A stretch of 62,821 bases of DNA, counting the filler, from Choristocarpus tenellus KU-1152 (Eukaryota > Protista > Phaeophyceae): assembly GCA_964200185.2 (NCBI GenBank). It is 12 parts of 12 records of this genome, joined end to end, with 100 filler letters (N's around TTAATTAATTAA, not from the genome) between each part and the next. Parts side by side here need not be neighbours in the genome. Positions count along the whole stretch, not along the records: positions 1 to 4,256 come from CAXNAD020015452.1; positions 4,357 to 8,367 come from CAXNAD020016682.1; positions 8,468 to 15,297 come from CAXNAD020007256.1; 9 more parts are not named here. One strand, 5' to 3'. Numbering within the stretch: position 1 is the first letter of the stretch; the number at the start of each line of letters is the position of its first letter. Shown here one piece after another: positions 1 to 11,144 of the stretch. The translations under genes were made by a program, and so were the position numbers. The notes beneath the pieces are model-generated. The model was not told where the DNA came from. It saw nothing but the letters and a program-made list of their open reading frames with translations, and searched no databases.

Positions 1-76
1 GGTTTGTAAGGGGGCGTCCGGACCGAAACGGACACCCCCTTACAAACCACCCCCCCCCACCAAGATACTTTGACCC
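1..76. mobile_element. Small palindromic MITE, right part (AAAGTATCT-TIR family)
   Basis: Near-perfect inverted repeat 1-20/29-48 (GGTTTGTAAGGGGGCGTCCG...CGGACACCCCCTTACAAACC), then a C-run and AGATACTTTGACCC. The same sequence recurs at 53498-53549. Confidence 0.7.
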
Positions 77-658
77 AGCCACCGTCCTTGTATGATGTAT
101 TTTGGACTAAAATGCATTTAGGACCTACGCTTGGCGCTTGAGTGGGTGTAGACTATGTTATCATGGCTCAGGGAAGTTGTCGTTGGGTTCAAAGCTTGGA
201 GCCAGGGTGGTTGCCGCCGCTTGGTTTGGGTGTGGAAGAGAGGTCGTCTGCTGTGGAGATCTCGACTTGTGCTGAAGATGGTAATATGGAGTATGAGATG
301 CTTGTGCGTCAATGTATTTGTTGTAAGATTTCTGTCAATTGCTCTATGGTCCGATCAACGCAAAGAGGGGAGGAAAAAGGATTGGCACATGCCAGTAAAA
401 GTATTAGAGGATGGTGTCAGAACGCACTAATGGAGATGAAATCTAGGTTACCACCGGGCCAATAAAACGTGCGTACGAGGACACATAAACTCAAACTCTT
501 TGGGAAGATAATATATTCAATGCATAAGTCCGTTGATTTAGAGAACATCCGATCTCTCCATAATAACATGTCTGTCAAGGCATGTGTCGGACTGGCGAAG
601 TAGAGGGTGACTCACGAACAGAAATTGGCCTATGTTGCTCCTCAAAGCCGTGTCTCTC

Positions 659-3600
659 GTCAGTATGGTGGCAGTGTAGGACTTGTCCAGAACCAGGCCC
701 GTATAGGAGCGTCTTGGTCAATACTGTAGTGTTGGTCAAGGAGCTCGATATTTCGCAAGTCACCATTCTCCCATTTGACCTCGTAGGGGTAGCTGACTCA
801 CTCCTCTCTAACTTTCACCGTGTAGTGGGGCTGGTACTTGGTCACGGTCCCTCGTATCCACTGATTGTCCCATCTGAAGTATAGTCCCCTGCCCTTGGCT
901 CTGGCATTGAGTGTTTCTCCCTCACCTAAATCTGGCACATAACTCAGTGTCGGTTCAAGGAGTATATATTTCTATGTATCCTTCTCCAAGTCCCTACGCT
1001 TTTGCTGGTGGTCAACAATCGACCGATGGCATTGTCTGACACACAGGGCTGCAGCCTCGTCCCTGTCCCTCTTGTTCTTCTCTCAAAGTTGGTTGACACC
1101 CTCCTCGATCTCGTCCTCTGTCATGTACGACCCCAGTTGAGGGGACAAAGATTTTTCGCCTTCGTCCGGGAGGTAGGACTCTGAGCAAATGTACACCCCT
1201 GAACCATCTACGTGAACATCGCTGACCTTCCCTGTATGATGGCCCCCCCACTCGCGCGTAGGTTGAAGCTGGTTCCTCGACCGAACCTGGCGTCGGATGT
1301 GTCCCCAAGTCTGAGTTGCCTAGAGAAGCGAGCAGGTATCCCACCGAGGGATTGCTGGTTGGATTCCGAGGTGAACCTCTGGTATTGAGCAGGCAGGATC
1401 GTGAATGTGTTGTCCAGGTGGCTGTGGTCGACGTCTGTGAAGTCTGGGATGATGATAGCCTGAAGGGGCATGACGCGGGGACCTGGTTGTGCGTCCTGCA
1501 TCACCACAAACATGTTCGTTGCAGGGGTTGTGTTGGCGTGTAGGACTATTGGCATGTGTTTGCGCGTAATTGGCCTTGTTTGGTTGTATAGGGGTGTTGT
1601 TTGTTATCTTTTTGAGAAACGGACAGTTTTACGTATTACACAGAGGATACACTTAGGCAGCGGAATGAATAAATGGGATGCGCTTATTTGCCCTACGTAC
1701 CTTGTAAAAGATAATGCCAAAGGTGTCAGTGGCGGTTGCAGATTGGGAGAACAAAATGACACTGGCTTGGATGTCAGGATTGGACTTTATGGGAGGAATT
1801 TATGTGGGTTAGAGGGATATAAGGGGATTCAAGGGAATATGTGGCATTTGTACATGGACAGCGTGGATTCATTCGTGTGGGGCATTGTACTCTTAGAAGC
1901 AATAAGAAGTGTTCCTCACCTTGTCCGTCTGTGACATGTGAATAGTTGACACTCCATCAACAAAGCTAGCTCTCAGCACCTCGACGTCTTCAGTGACAAA
2001 GACGAACTCATCTCCAGCACTGAATATCCCTCCGTAGCTGAAGAGGTGTCTGGCGTTCCATTGAACCGTGTCCTTGTGGTGGACGGTGAACGGCAAGAAC
2101 TCTATACCATTGTACTCCAATGGCTGCATCCACACAATGCATATGTTCCCCTCCGTGACCTGTCTCTTCTTCCTCGACAGCTGACTTCTCAAATACATAT
2201 CACCCGTTCCCACTTCCATGGAAAATCCGAGGTCTATCTCCTTAAGCGGGGGCACGTGGGTTAGTTGCCACCTGCATTGGGCCAGGTTGCCGATGGAACA
2301 GTTCGTGCAGTAGCACGACAGTTCGGTGTACATCAATGTATGGGAGTCTCTGGCGGTGAGCCGACCAGTAAAAAAACTGTGTATGGATTTGATTCCACTG
2401 AGGATTGGGACACGCGGGTCATGTTGTCCCGCATGGTCGAACTTGTAAGACGGAAGGTGGACTCCTGTGCGTGGAACGTGTCGATGTATGGAAGTTTCGT
2501 ATACGTGTTACGGTGCTGTCTGCCGTCCCTGTCCGTCCAATCCTAAGGGTTGTGGTGATTGTTTGTATAAGGGGAGGGGTGGTAGGTGTTGGAGTCAGTG
2601 TCGGCACTGAGGCAGTGTGCTCTGTGACCGATTCGATGTGACGGCATATTCTTTGGGATGATATATGCTACCTATTCCTGTAACAAGTGTTTGGTAATGA
2701 CAGTTGGCAGCGTGTGATGAAACCCCAAACTTGGACTTTTGTGTTAGTTTGCCGATTGGTAGACCTCTGAAAAATAGAGGGCGATGGTTGCAAGTGTGCA
2801 CGGACTTTGTGCCGTCGATTAAGAAGTGCGTATGTGCGATTATCATGTTATTCATGGTGTCGGCATGAAGGGAAGGCACAGATGTGACATAATGGGTCAA
2901 CGAAATCTATTGGGTTTTATAGTGTATGGGTTAGCAAGGGGCGGGAGGGTGCAGACTGTCGTGAGTTACAACAGGGATTAATTATTGTAAGCGGGGAAAA
3001 TCATGCACGTGTGGTATCTATTCCTGCAGCAAGCGATGGATACATGACCAACATTGTTACGCGAAAGAAAACAATAACTTGGAGTTTGGGGTTAGTTTAC
3101 CAATTCGCAGACTTAAATCTAAATCGAGGGCGATGGTTGCAAGTGTGCATGGACAGTGTGCGATCGATTAATAAATGCGTACATGCGATTATCATGTGAT
3201 TCGTGGTGTGGACATGAAGGGAAGGCGCGGATGTGACATAATGGGTCAACGAAGATCTATTGTGTGTTTAGTGTATGGATTATCAAGGGGTGGGAGGGTG
3301 CAGACTGATGCGAGTGGTAAGCAGGGATCAAATCATTGTGTGTGGGGAGAATCATGCATGTAGTGTATGTGGTGTATATTCCTGCAACAAGCGATGGGTA
3401 TATGGTCGGCGTTGACACTGGAAAGAAAACAAGAACTCAGAGTTTTGCGCGAGTGTACCGATTGGCAGACTTGTACAAAATAGGCGGTGATAGTTGTAAG
3501 TGTGTACGGACTATCTGTGCAGTCGTTTGATAAGTGCGTATGTGTTATCTTGACGCTGCGTGTCGTGTTGGTGTGAAGGGAGTGACGGATGTGACACAAG

Positions 3601-4256
3601 TTCGAACGGTACATATTGAGTTTTGCTAGGTGGGCAAGGGGTGTACGTGTTGGGGTTGTCGCCAGTGGAAAAAAGAGGCCGAACTTTGTGAGTGGGGGGG
3701 GGTCATCATGTGGAGTGTGCCTACCTTTGTGACGATTGTCTGTCTGGGAGGAATTTTATGACCTTTGCGGTAGTGCCACTCTTCCTCTGGTGTCGGATCC
3801 CTCAAGGTGTGTTGTGTTTTGGTTGCCTTGATTGTATCCACTAGGGATGAGGTTCCTGGCATGCGCACCCCGTGTAGTTCCAGTCTCCTGGCAGCAGACT
3901 TCACCACAGCCCCGACTCCATCAGACAAGGACTTGCAATGACAGGCGGCAAAGAAGTTGTGTACTACGGAAATCCCCATCCGCACTAAAGACTGAGAAAC
4001 CCGCCACATTCGCCATCTGTTCTTGACCTGGCTTCTGCAGCCATCGGACCAGATGTGGAGGACCGCTAGGGTCTGTCCGTATTCACTGGCTAGGGGTATT
4101 AGGTGGTCTTTCACAAATATCTCCACGGCGTTCTGGACGAACTCATTGTCTTGGCTTCGGTCTTCACTGCACACCGTCATGCTGTGAGCCCAATCCCTTC
4201 CCTTCCCAAGATTCCCCCCTTCTCTGAGATCCCTCAACCACCAGACAATGGTCAGA
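659..4256 (-). mobile_element. Degenerate Sola2-type (DDD) transposase gene, C-terminal half, interrupted by introns; ends in a Tudor-like segment
   Basis: ORF 3626-4237 has VLHIWSDGCRSQVKNRW...HNFFAACHCKSLSDGVGAVVK, matching the SDGCxxQxKN / HGKxxxDGxGxxVK motifs I recall for Sola2. A downstream segment (~2465-1900) reads ILSGIKSIHSF...ELSCYCTNC. Segment 893-685 reads GRGLYFRWDNQWIRGTVTKY...YEVKWENGDLRNIEL. In-frame TGA stops are present. Confidence 0.75.
2670..3620. repeat. Tandem repeat, ~350-360 bp unit, ~2.7 diverged copies, between transposase coding segments
   Basis: TATTCCTG(T/C)A(A/G)CAAG recurs at ~2672, ~3019, ~3377; a GGCGATGGTTGCAAGTGTGCA-like block recurs at ~2780, ~3129, ~3487. 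Confidence 0.9.
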
Positions 4257-4356
4257 NNNNNNNNNNNNNNNNNNNNNNNNNNNNNNNNNNNNNNNNNNNN
4301 TTAATTAATTAANNNNNNNNNNNNNNNNNNNNNNNNNNNNNNNNNNNNNNNNNNNN

Positions 4357-4519
4357 GGGGGGGGTGGCGGCTGTCCATTTGGGGTCAATTTTTTCATGTC
4401 GCGACTTTTGGGTGATTTGGTTGCACACGTCGAATGGATAGCATAATTCCCCTTTTCCTGATTTTGGGCCTAATGGACACACCCCTCGTATAGACTCCCC
4501 CCACCAGATACTTTAGCCC
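4357..4519. mobile_element. MITE (~160 bp, AAAGTATCT-TIR family), left TIR lost at contig edge
   Basis: Aligns by eye with 22801-22957 and, inverted, with 58155-58305. Has the subterminal GTCCATTTGGGG / AATGGACAC inverted pair and ends ...CCAGATACTTTAGCCC. Confidence 0.85.
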
Positions 4520-4655
4520 TTAGTCTTTTGACGGATGTGTATCCTGGTGGCGTGTTTAGCCTTTCGACGGATGTGTAACCATGCAACCATGCCGGGATTC
4601 GATCCCATGACAATAGCGTTAGTTAGATGATTAGTAATCCCCTGAGCTACCGAGC
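4520..4655 (-). mobile_element. tRNA-derived SINE-like element, copy 1
   Basis: Minus strand begins GCTCGG-TAGCTCAGGGG (Pol III A box), then GGGATCGAATCCC (B box/T-arm), followed by a non-tRNA tail. Second copy at 5779-5892; head fragment at ~5615-5655. Confidence 0.65.
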
Positions 4656-5778
4656 AGAAAGTCAGACTGACAGGGGTTCAGTAATGTTTCAACAGGTACC
4701 ACTTTATATCGCAGACACTAAACATCTTACATTCAGACGAACCCACCAGTAACACTCATTTTATTCATATATACAAGTGACTTTGATTACATATATCGTG
4801 GAAGATATCATGTCTGTGTTTCTTAGGAATAGAACTTAGACCTAACACCCAAGTTTGCAGTTGAGAACCAAAATCACCGCGTCGAGTAATCTATCGTTTT
4901 GTCAACCTGGATGCAAATACATAGAAACGTAACCCCCCAAGAGACAAGCGAACCTCCATGTTGAATGGTGTCTCTCACACGAAACTGACTTCACTCGACC
5001 ATACATGGCATGAAACGAACCGTCACGTCAAGTACATATTTATATATACACGCCTATTAAAAAAAACTGAAAATAATAAAAATATACCGTTCGCTAAACC
5101 CACACCAGACCTCTCCTTTCCCTCATTCACTCTCACGTAAAGAGCAACCAAGCAAGCAAAACAAGAACGTATTCGTGAATGCTATTCATGAGGAGGACGA
5201 AAACCATTGCACCTCACATGTGGGATGGCCACCTGACAGTCACTAGGAGACCTGACTAACACAGGGAATGAACTCATGGACTCCACAGGCGTACGTCCCA
5301 CAATACCCAAAAGGCATGCCCAGGCCGCCGTCGCCATTAGACGTACGTCCATGTAGCCCAGGCCCCTCATAATACAATAATCAGTAATTAGTGCTTCCAG
5401 AATAAACGAACCTTCGTATCCCATAGAATACGATTCTCAACTTCTACCTTCGAAACTGAACCCCACCTATAAAGTATTCACTAGTAACATCTCATCCACC
5501 TCCTCTCCTGGCAATCCTTACTAGAGAAATTGTTCCGTAGACTTGATAAATGACTAGTTCACAGCCGTTCGCGCACATCCCCTTACTTCCAAAACATGAC
5601 GAAACCGATTCATCAACTGCTAGAACATTAGTAAACTCCAGTGTCTACTGGGCAGGTAGACAGCAAAAACTAATATCGGGGATTACAAGCTGTTAGACTT
5701 GGTGAGGCTTCGCCCGAGGGTTGCTATCCCTCTAATCAGTTCACAACTTCGGCGGGGCAGTTACTAATGTGAAGTTAT

Positions 5779-5892
5779 ATATCCTGGCGGCGTGGTTAGA
5801 CTTTTGACAGATGTCTAACCATGTATGCCGGGATTCGATCCCATTACAGTACCGTTTGTTAGAACATTAGTAAACTCCTGTGTTTACAGAGC
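5779..5892 (-). mobile_element. tRNA-derived SINE-like element, copy 2
   Basis: Similar to 4520-4655. Has B box GGGATCGAATCCC, a 3' stem-loop TGGTTAGAC-N11-GTCTAACCA and a short (TA) tail. Confidence 0.65.
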
Positions 5893-5947
5893 AGGTATAC
5901 TGGCACCAATAGCTTATGCGTCTGGGGTTCTCCCGTCCTAACGTTTG

Positions 5948-7405
5948 ATGTAGACATCGGATTAAAAAAATAAAGCATACTCGTGATGCCCGTCACAATG
6001 CCCTCCAGAGGACGGGCTTCGCTTTTTTCGCCATTTTTTTCTATTTCTGAAGAAAGAGTGATCATATTGGGGTTCAAACTCTGGATTGCATGTCACCAAG
6101 AGCGACAACAGATGTACTATTACTTGATTAAGGAATAAGGGTTTAGACGGGAAAAAAGCCTCCCCACACTTTCTTCCTGTGTGCTCACACACCCACTCTT
6201 CGACCTCGGCAAGGATATCCTCGTCGAGGCCCAGAACGAAAGGCCTCTAGTAGTGCCCTTGCTCCGACACCTTGATGTGGCCCTTAGTTAGGAACTCTCT
6301 CTCCCATTTACTCACAGCTTCCGACCTGACCATCGTATATCCTGTCGCCATCTCGATCACTATTTGACGGTCTTTCCCGTCGTTCATACACAGGTACATG
6401 ATTCGCAGTGTTAGAGCCTTCACTATCACATTCCCCATTGAGCGCCGGAAATGGGTTACCTTCTTTCAGGCTTCAAAGATCTTGTAGCCCAACCCTAACA
6501 ACTTCTTTCTCGTTTCCTAAGTCACTCTGGCTCACATAGCTTCCAAACAGTCAGGGCCTCCTGTAACTGTCGACTAGTAAGACATTCTACATCCAGGTTT
6601 TCACTTAGGCGTTTCCTGAGCGCAATGGCACGTAGTTGCACTGCTCTCCTCCCCAACCTTCCCTTCGGACGGTCACTCTGGTTCTCCCTTTGCCCACCGT
6701 GACCAGGCTTCCCCACAGACTTCGTCACTGTACCACACCTGGCGATGGACTCGCCGCTCTCGTCCTGCTTTCCTGAGGCGGCAGAGACTGCAGAGCAGTG
6801 CTCCGACATGATTGAAGATCCGACCACATTTGTGTGGTAATGCGTTTCATGCATCGTCTCTCAGTGTCAGTGTTGCGACCGCGTGGTCCATTGAGAGAAT
6901 TGATCATGCTGCTGCGCCACACTACTCGCACCTTCTCGTCACCTAACATTGTACCAAATGTCACACGATACTTGTTTTTTGTCGCCTCTCGACAGAGAAG
7001 GTGCCGAGGGTAGATCGAGGGGGCAGAGTGGCCTCGGTGGCGTTCCTTTTCTCACCGTTGTGGTCCGAGAATCTTCCTTTTTTTCGGTATGGCCACACCC
7101 ACCGTGTTTTAAAAGAGGTCTATCCAGGACCAGGTTTTTGCGGGGAGTTCAGCCAACCACTTAATTTTTGTATCTTTTGAGGTTGTGACCATCAATATTG
7201 CGGCGGAGATATTCTCCCGCGTATTTTTTAATTCTTTGATCGGGATATAGTTCCCGTTGGCTGGTGTTAGTACATTCCTGGATTCAAATTTCCACCTCTC
7301 TCTGCATAAGTATGTTTTTGATATGTATATCGGTGCATACCTCCTGTGGCAAGACAGTGAAAAAAGGAAGATTGCCACAGACCGCGAAGCTATTAGTACC
7401 ATTTT
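5948..7405 (-). repeat. Unclassified interspersed repeat with decayed ORF (copy A)
   Basis: Colinear similarity with ~20895-22672 (e.g. TGTAGACATCGG, GACCTCGGCAAGGAT, GCAGAGACTGCAGAG, GAGTTCAGCCAACCACTT, GATTGCCACAGA). Broken minus-strand ORFs are homologous between the copies. Confidence 0.85.
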
Positions 7406-8467
7406 AGTGATCAACACCACCATATCCGATATTTCAGTGACGATATTCTCGATATCACCCCCATCAGCTTTGCTGAACCCTCACCACAACACAGTGTTTT
7501 CGCCGCCCTAACCCTATCCCTAACCCGAACGCTTACCCTGAGAACTTCATGAGTAGATCAAATTGTGTCTTTCCCCATAAACTAACCCAACTCCATTTTT
7601 TGATGTCTTCTGGCACATGTCACAAGGACAACGTTTAGTCAGTAAATCCGTAAGTATTTTTCATGGTACACCCCACTCTAAGTTCGTCGACCATAGGCCA
7701 AACATTCTACATATGTCTCTCTGGTGGTGGACGGTGGCTTGCACCAATTTCCCTTGTCGAGTTTGATTTTGTTGAACACTTGGGGTTGGTCGATCCCAAC
7801 CCTTACTCCACATATATATCTCTGGTGGCGGATGACAGCACGCATCGATTTCCCGTGTTCACTTTAATTATGTCAAACGCTTCGGGAAAATTATGGATGC
7901 ACCTCTCACATGTCTGAACATGCAAGGCACACCTTTTCAATATAGACATTCAGAGTTGATTTCGGTCATTGCAGTCTACATATTTCCACCACAGAAATTT
8001 TAATATGTTAAATGCTACCTGACCCTACATAGACCGACTAACACATAATGTGCGTAATTTCACTACGTCCAGCTTAGTCCGCTATTGTGGCATCGCACTC
8101 TCCCTTCATCTCTTGCATACACAAACCGTGACACAAACGAAATCAATCCCACACATCATTCACGATCATATCTCGAATCTCCCTCGGGGGTTTAAGAGAC
8201 CATCAAAGAGGATTACTCTTCGATCGTAGAAGAAATCCAACACCGACCAAATCTTTTTCCTCTCCGTGTTTGTTGACCGAGATGGACAACAAGAGGGGGA
8301 AGGAGACAGGTGTGTGCAGAATGGGACAATAGTGAGGTGTACCTTATTTTGTGTATATGAGATTATTNNNNNNNNNNNNNNNNNNNNNNNNNNNNNNNNN
8401 NNNNNNNNNNNTTAATTAATTAANNNNNNNNNNNNNNNNNNNNNNNNNNNNNNNNNNNNNNNNNNNN

Positions 8468-8526
<59 letters not shown>

Positions 8527-8920
8527 GGGAGGGGAGGGGGTCCCCCTGAACAGAGGCAATTCCACAACGAATGAACAACAGTAAGGTTACATGAGATAAC
8601 TACTCCCTTCTCAACCAGCCGCTCAACAACACCCAGGTCAAGGGGGGAAAACCGACCCTGCTGTCTAGGCAGCACCGGAGATCGAGAAGATAAATGAAAG
8701 TGTTGTGTGGGTGCAGGGTGTGAGAAACCGAGCGAGAGATGAATACAGTTCATTTCAAGCAAGCAAGCAAGTCCATCAGACACTTGCACGAGGAGTAGAC
8801 TGCACCATGGCAATAGCTGCGCCAGGGGAGCATCATACACACACCCCCGCCATCCACCGAAGACAAAAGATGTGGAGATCACAAGACGCCTTTCAAGGTA
8901 TGCAATCGCAAGCGCCACAC

Positions 8921-11144
8921 CTTTGGAGTGCGAACTCTATCCCCTTCGACTTCCCTCCTGGTAGATGAGTTACAGCACGCTCGGGCATGTTGCTGAACGC
9001 CATCCTATCCTTGGGAATAACCACCGTCATCTGGACAGTTTGTCAAGCAAAGGCACACACCATTCATCATATGACAAGCGGCAGACAGTTGGATCAGGTA
9101 CCCACTTGGACGCACTGAATAGAGTAAAAGGTCTTCGCGGAAGGAGCGCAATTACACTTAACACAAGATCACCCATCCCATGAGAAGAAGTGGCGCCGCT
9201 GATGCCCTCGCCACGGTCTGTGAGCACAAAACAGGACAAGAGTCTTCCCTCCAGATACAAACGAACTACCAAAGAGGCTTGAGTAGAATCAACACTTCCA
9301 AACCACCAGCAATCAAATACTGACACGCAGTGTCCCCTAACCAAAGAAGAGATCCTTGTTCCCCTGCTTGAGCCGACACACCGAAGGGGGCACAGTAGAA
9401 ATTATTTCAAAGCATTAACAGTAACGACCAATCTGCCAGCCCACAGCCCAATGCCTGTTTTGCCTGGAAGACTGCTTTGCGAGCAGGCTCATCCCAGCAA
9501 GGGAAGCATCTCCGAGCGTCCAGGGCCTCAAATTGTGTTGACGCCATGATCCCTGCTTCCCCATCCACTGTTTTGTAGCCAGAGCGGTAGAAGCCGGACA
9601 TCTACAGCACAGAAGATGCACGCAGAACAAAAGTTACATTAGGAAAAAAAAAGAAAGGTATATCAACACTGCAAGAGTGAACACAGGAAAAGAACACAGT
9701 CGCGTGTGGAAGGGACACTGCAGCAGGGAATAGCAAAGGTAGGAGGAAGAGAGAAGTGAAGAGCAACAAGAGAGGACACGTTTGGGACCAGCAGGTCACA
9801 GTAGAGGCTCATGCCTAACCCTACACGAAGCAAGGGTTCCAGAAAATATCTTGAGAGCTGAACTGAGGAAAACTGCTCAATTTTTATTGTTGGACAATGC
9901 TCAATACTATGGTGTGCCTATGATTGATGGTACACAATCTCCTTCTGCTGAGGCACAGCAGCGAAGGTCCAAGAGTAAGGGAGGACTGGGATGGACTTGT
10001 GTGTGGGGAAACGACCTGGTGGGCACACTGGTCTCCACAGACCGCCTTCATCACACCTGGTTGTTCAGGGCACACTGAAAGCTAATCTTCAGGATGCCCT
10101 TTCCCATGGGAAGCATGTCAGAGAATGTGAAGGAGACTGTAGTGAGCTTGAGATCAAAACTTATGATCTTAGCCTCTACTGCATTGCTCGCGCCAGCTAC
10201 AGTGAAGAGGCAATTTTTAATGTAAATTTCATTACTGTGCAGAGAAACAGTAGATGTGGGCTCCATGACCTTAGGAGGAAGCATAGAGATACAGCAACAG
10301 GATGGGAGCGGTGCGAAATGGGTTACGAGTGCTAGTGATTTGCAAGCCTCAGCATTTGAGCAACAAACAATGGTGTATTGCACACGAAAGATGAGGGTTA
10401 AAAGATGTAGGAGGCAGGGAACCACCTTCTTCCGAAACTGCCTTTGGCACAACTGTGGACATGCAACTGCCAACTTGCAGTGCTACACAACTCTAGGAAC
10501 TGGGTAACTCGATGCAATCAAGAAAGATTCGAGGGGGCAGGCAAAGATTATGCCGTAGGATCAACCTCGCAGGCATCGCAAGGGCTAGGAAGAACAACAT
10601 GCTTGGAAGGATACTGTTTCTACATTCCAAAGGTCGCGTAAAACTCACTCGTAGCAAGCGCCTCCACAAAATTCCGACGACTGAACAATCCTGATCATTC
10701 CAATGATGATCTTTCTTACAACAGTTCTACCTCGACATCAATCTCCTCCTCTCCATCGCATGTGAATTTCTCCATGTCTGGCGAAAGTTTGATGCGATAC
10801 TCCGATGGCTCCACCTGTAAAGCGCGTTTGGAGCCGAGAAGAGGGGGGGGGGTCGACAAACCCCCATCTTCGTTCAAGATAGGCTGCTGCTTGGCTGGTG
10901 GATGGCCTGTTGTGAGTCATTAAGAACTATATTCCTAACTCTTCCAGGGTGAGGACACTGCCTTCCACTTGATGTCGAGACTGGATGACCATCCGTAGAT
11001 GTTTTATCTCTATCAATAGATTGGGTGGAAGTCATTCTCATCCCTGTGAGTTGATTCTCGGCAGAGGCAACAACAGCTCACATTACTTGGGAGCAGTACC
11101 CTCCCATCTTCTTTGATGCAATCCTTCGACGAAGTAGGCATCAT
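8921..11144 (-). CDS. M1-family (puromycin-sensitive / aminopeptidase N-like) aminopeptidase, 5' five exons; truncated by contig end
   Basis: Exons 11144-11082 ([21 protein letters not shown]), 10814-10731 ([28 protein letters not shown]), 10269-10057 ([15 protein letters not shown]...FQCALNNQ), 9601-9464 (MSGFYRSGY...[28 protein letters not shown]), 9030-8921 ([17 protein letters not shown]...). The first four junctions are phase 0 with AG acceptors. The TQFE...[11 protein letters not shown] and SNMP motifs are diagnostic. Confidence 0.95.

Noticed and set aside
659-1100. TGA read-through or genetic-code reassignment to explain in-frame TGAs
   Set aside because: Host exons contain no in-frame TGA; the stops are confined to TE remnants and fit CGA-to-TGA decay.
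4590-4655. Genuine tRNA gene
   Set aside because: No convincing acceptor stem or anticodon arm; diverged multi-copy sequence with a shared non-tRNA tail fits a SINE better.
7506-7527. Telomere-like (CCCTAA/TTAGGG) tracts here and at ~48673, ~57445, ~62600
   Set aside because: Only 2-4 imperfect internal units; not chromosome ends and too short to interpret.
7663-7917. ORF containing VEFDFVEH, resembling the next aminopeptidase motif (GEFDFVE)
   Set aside because: Different contig, lacks the preceding MSTYL motif and splice context; likely coincidence.
8468-8525. Long poly-G run and the polyproline ORFs it creates (similar G/C runs at ~23115, ~34774, ~18246)
   Set aside because: Homopolymers at or near contig edges have unreliable length and may be sequencing artefacts; no coding support.
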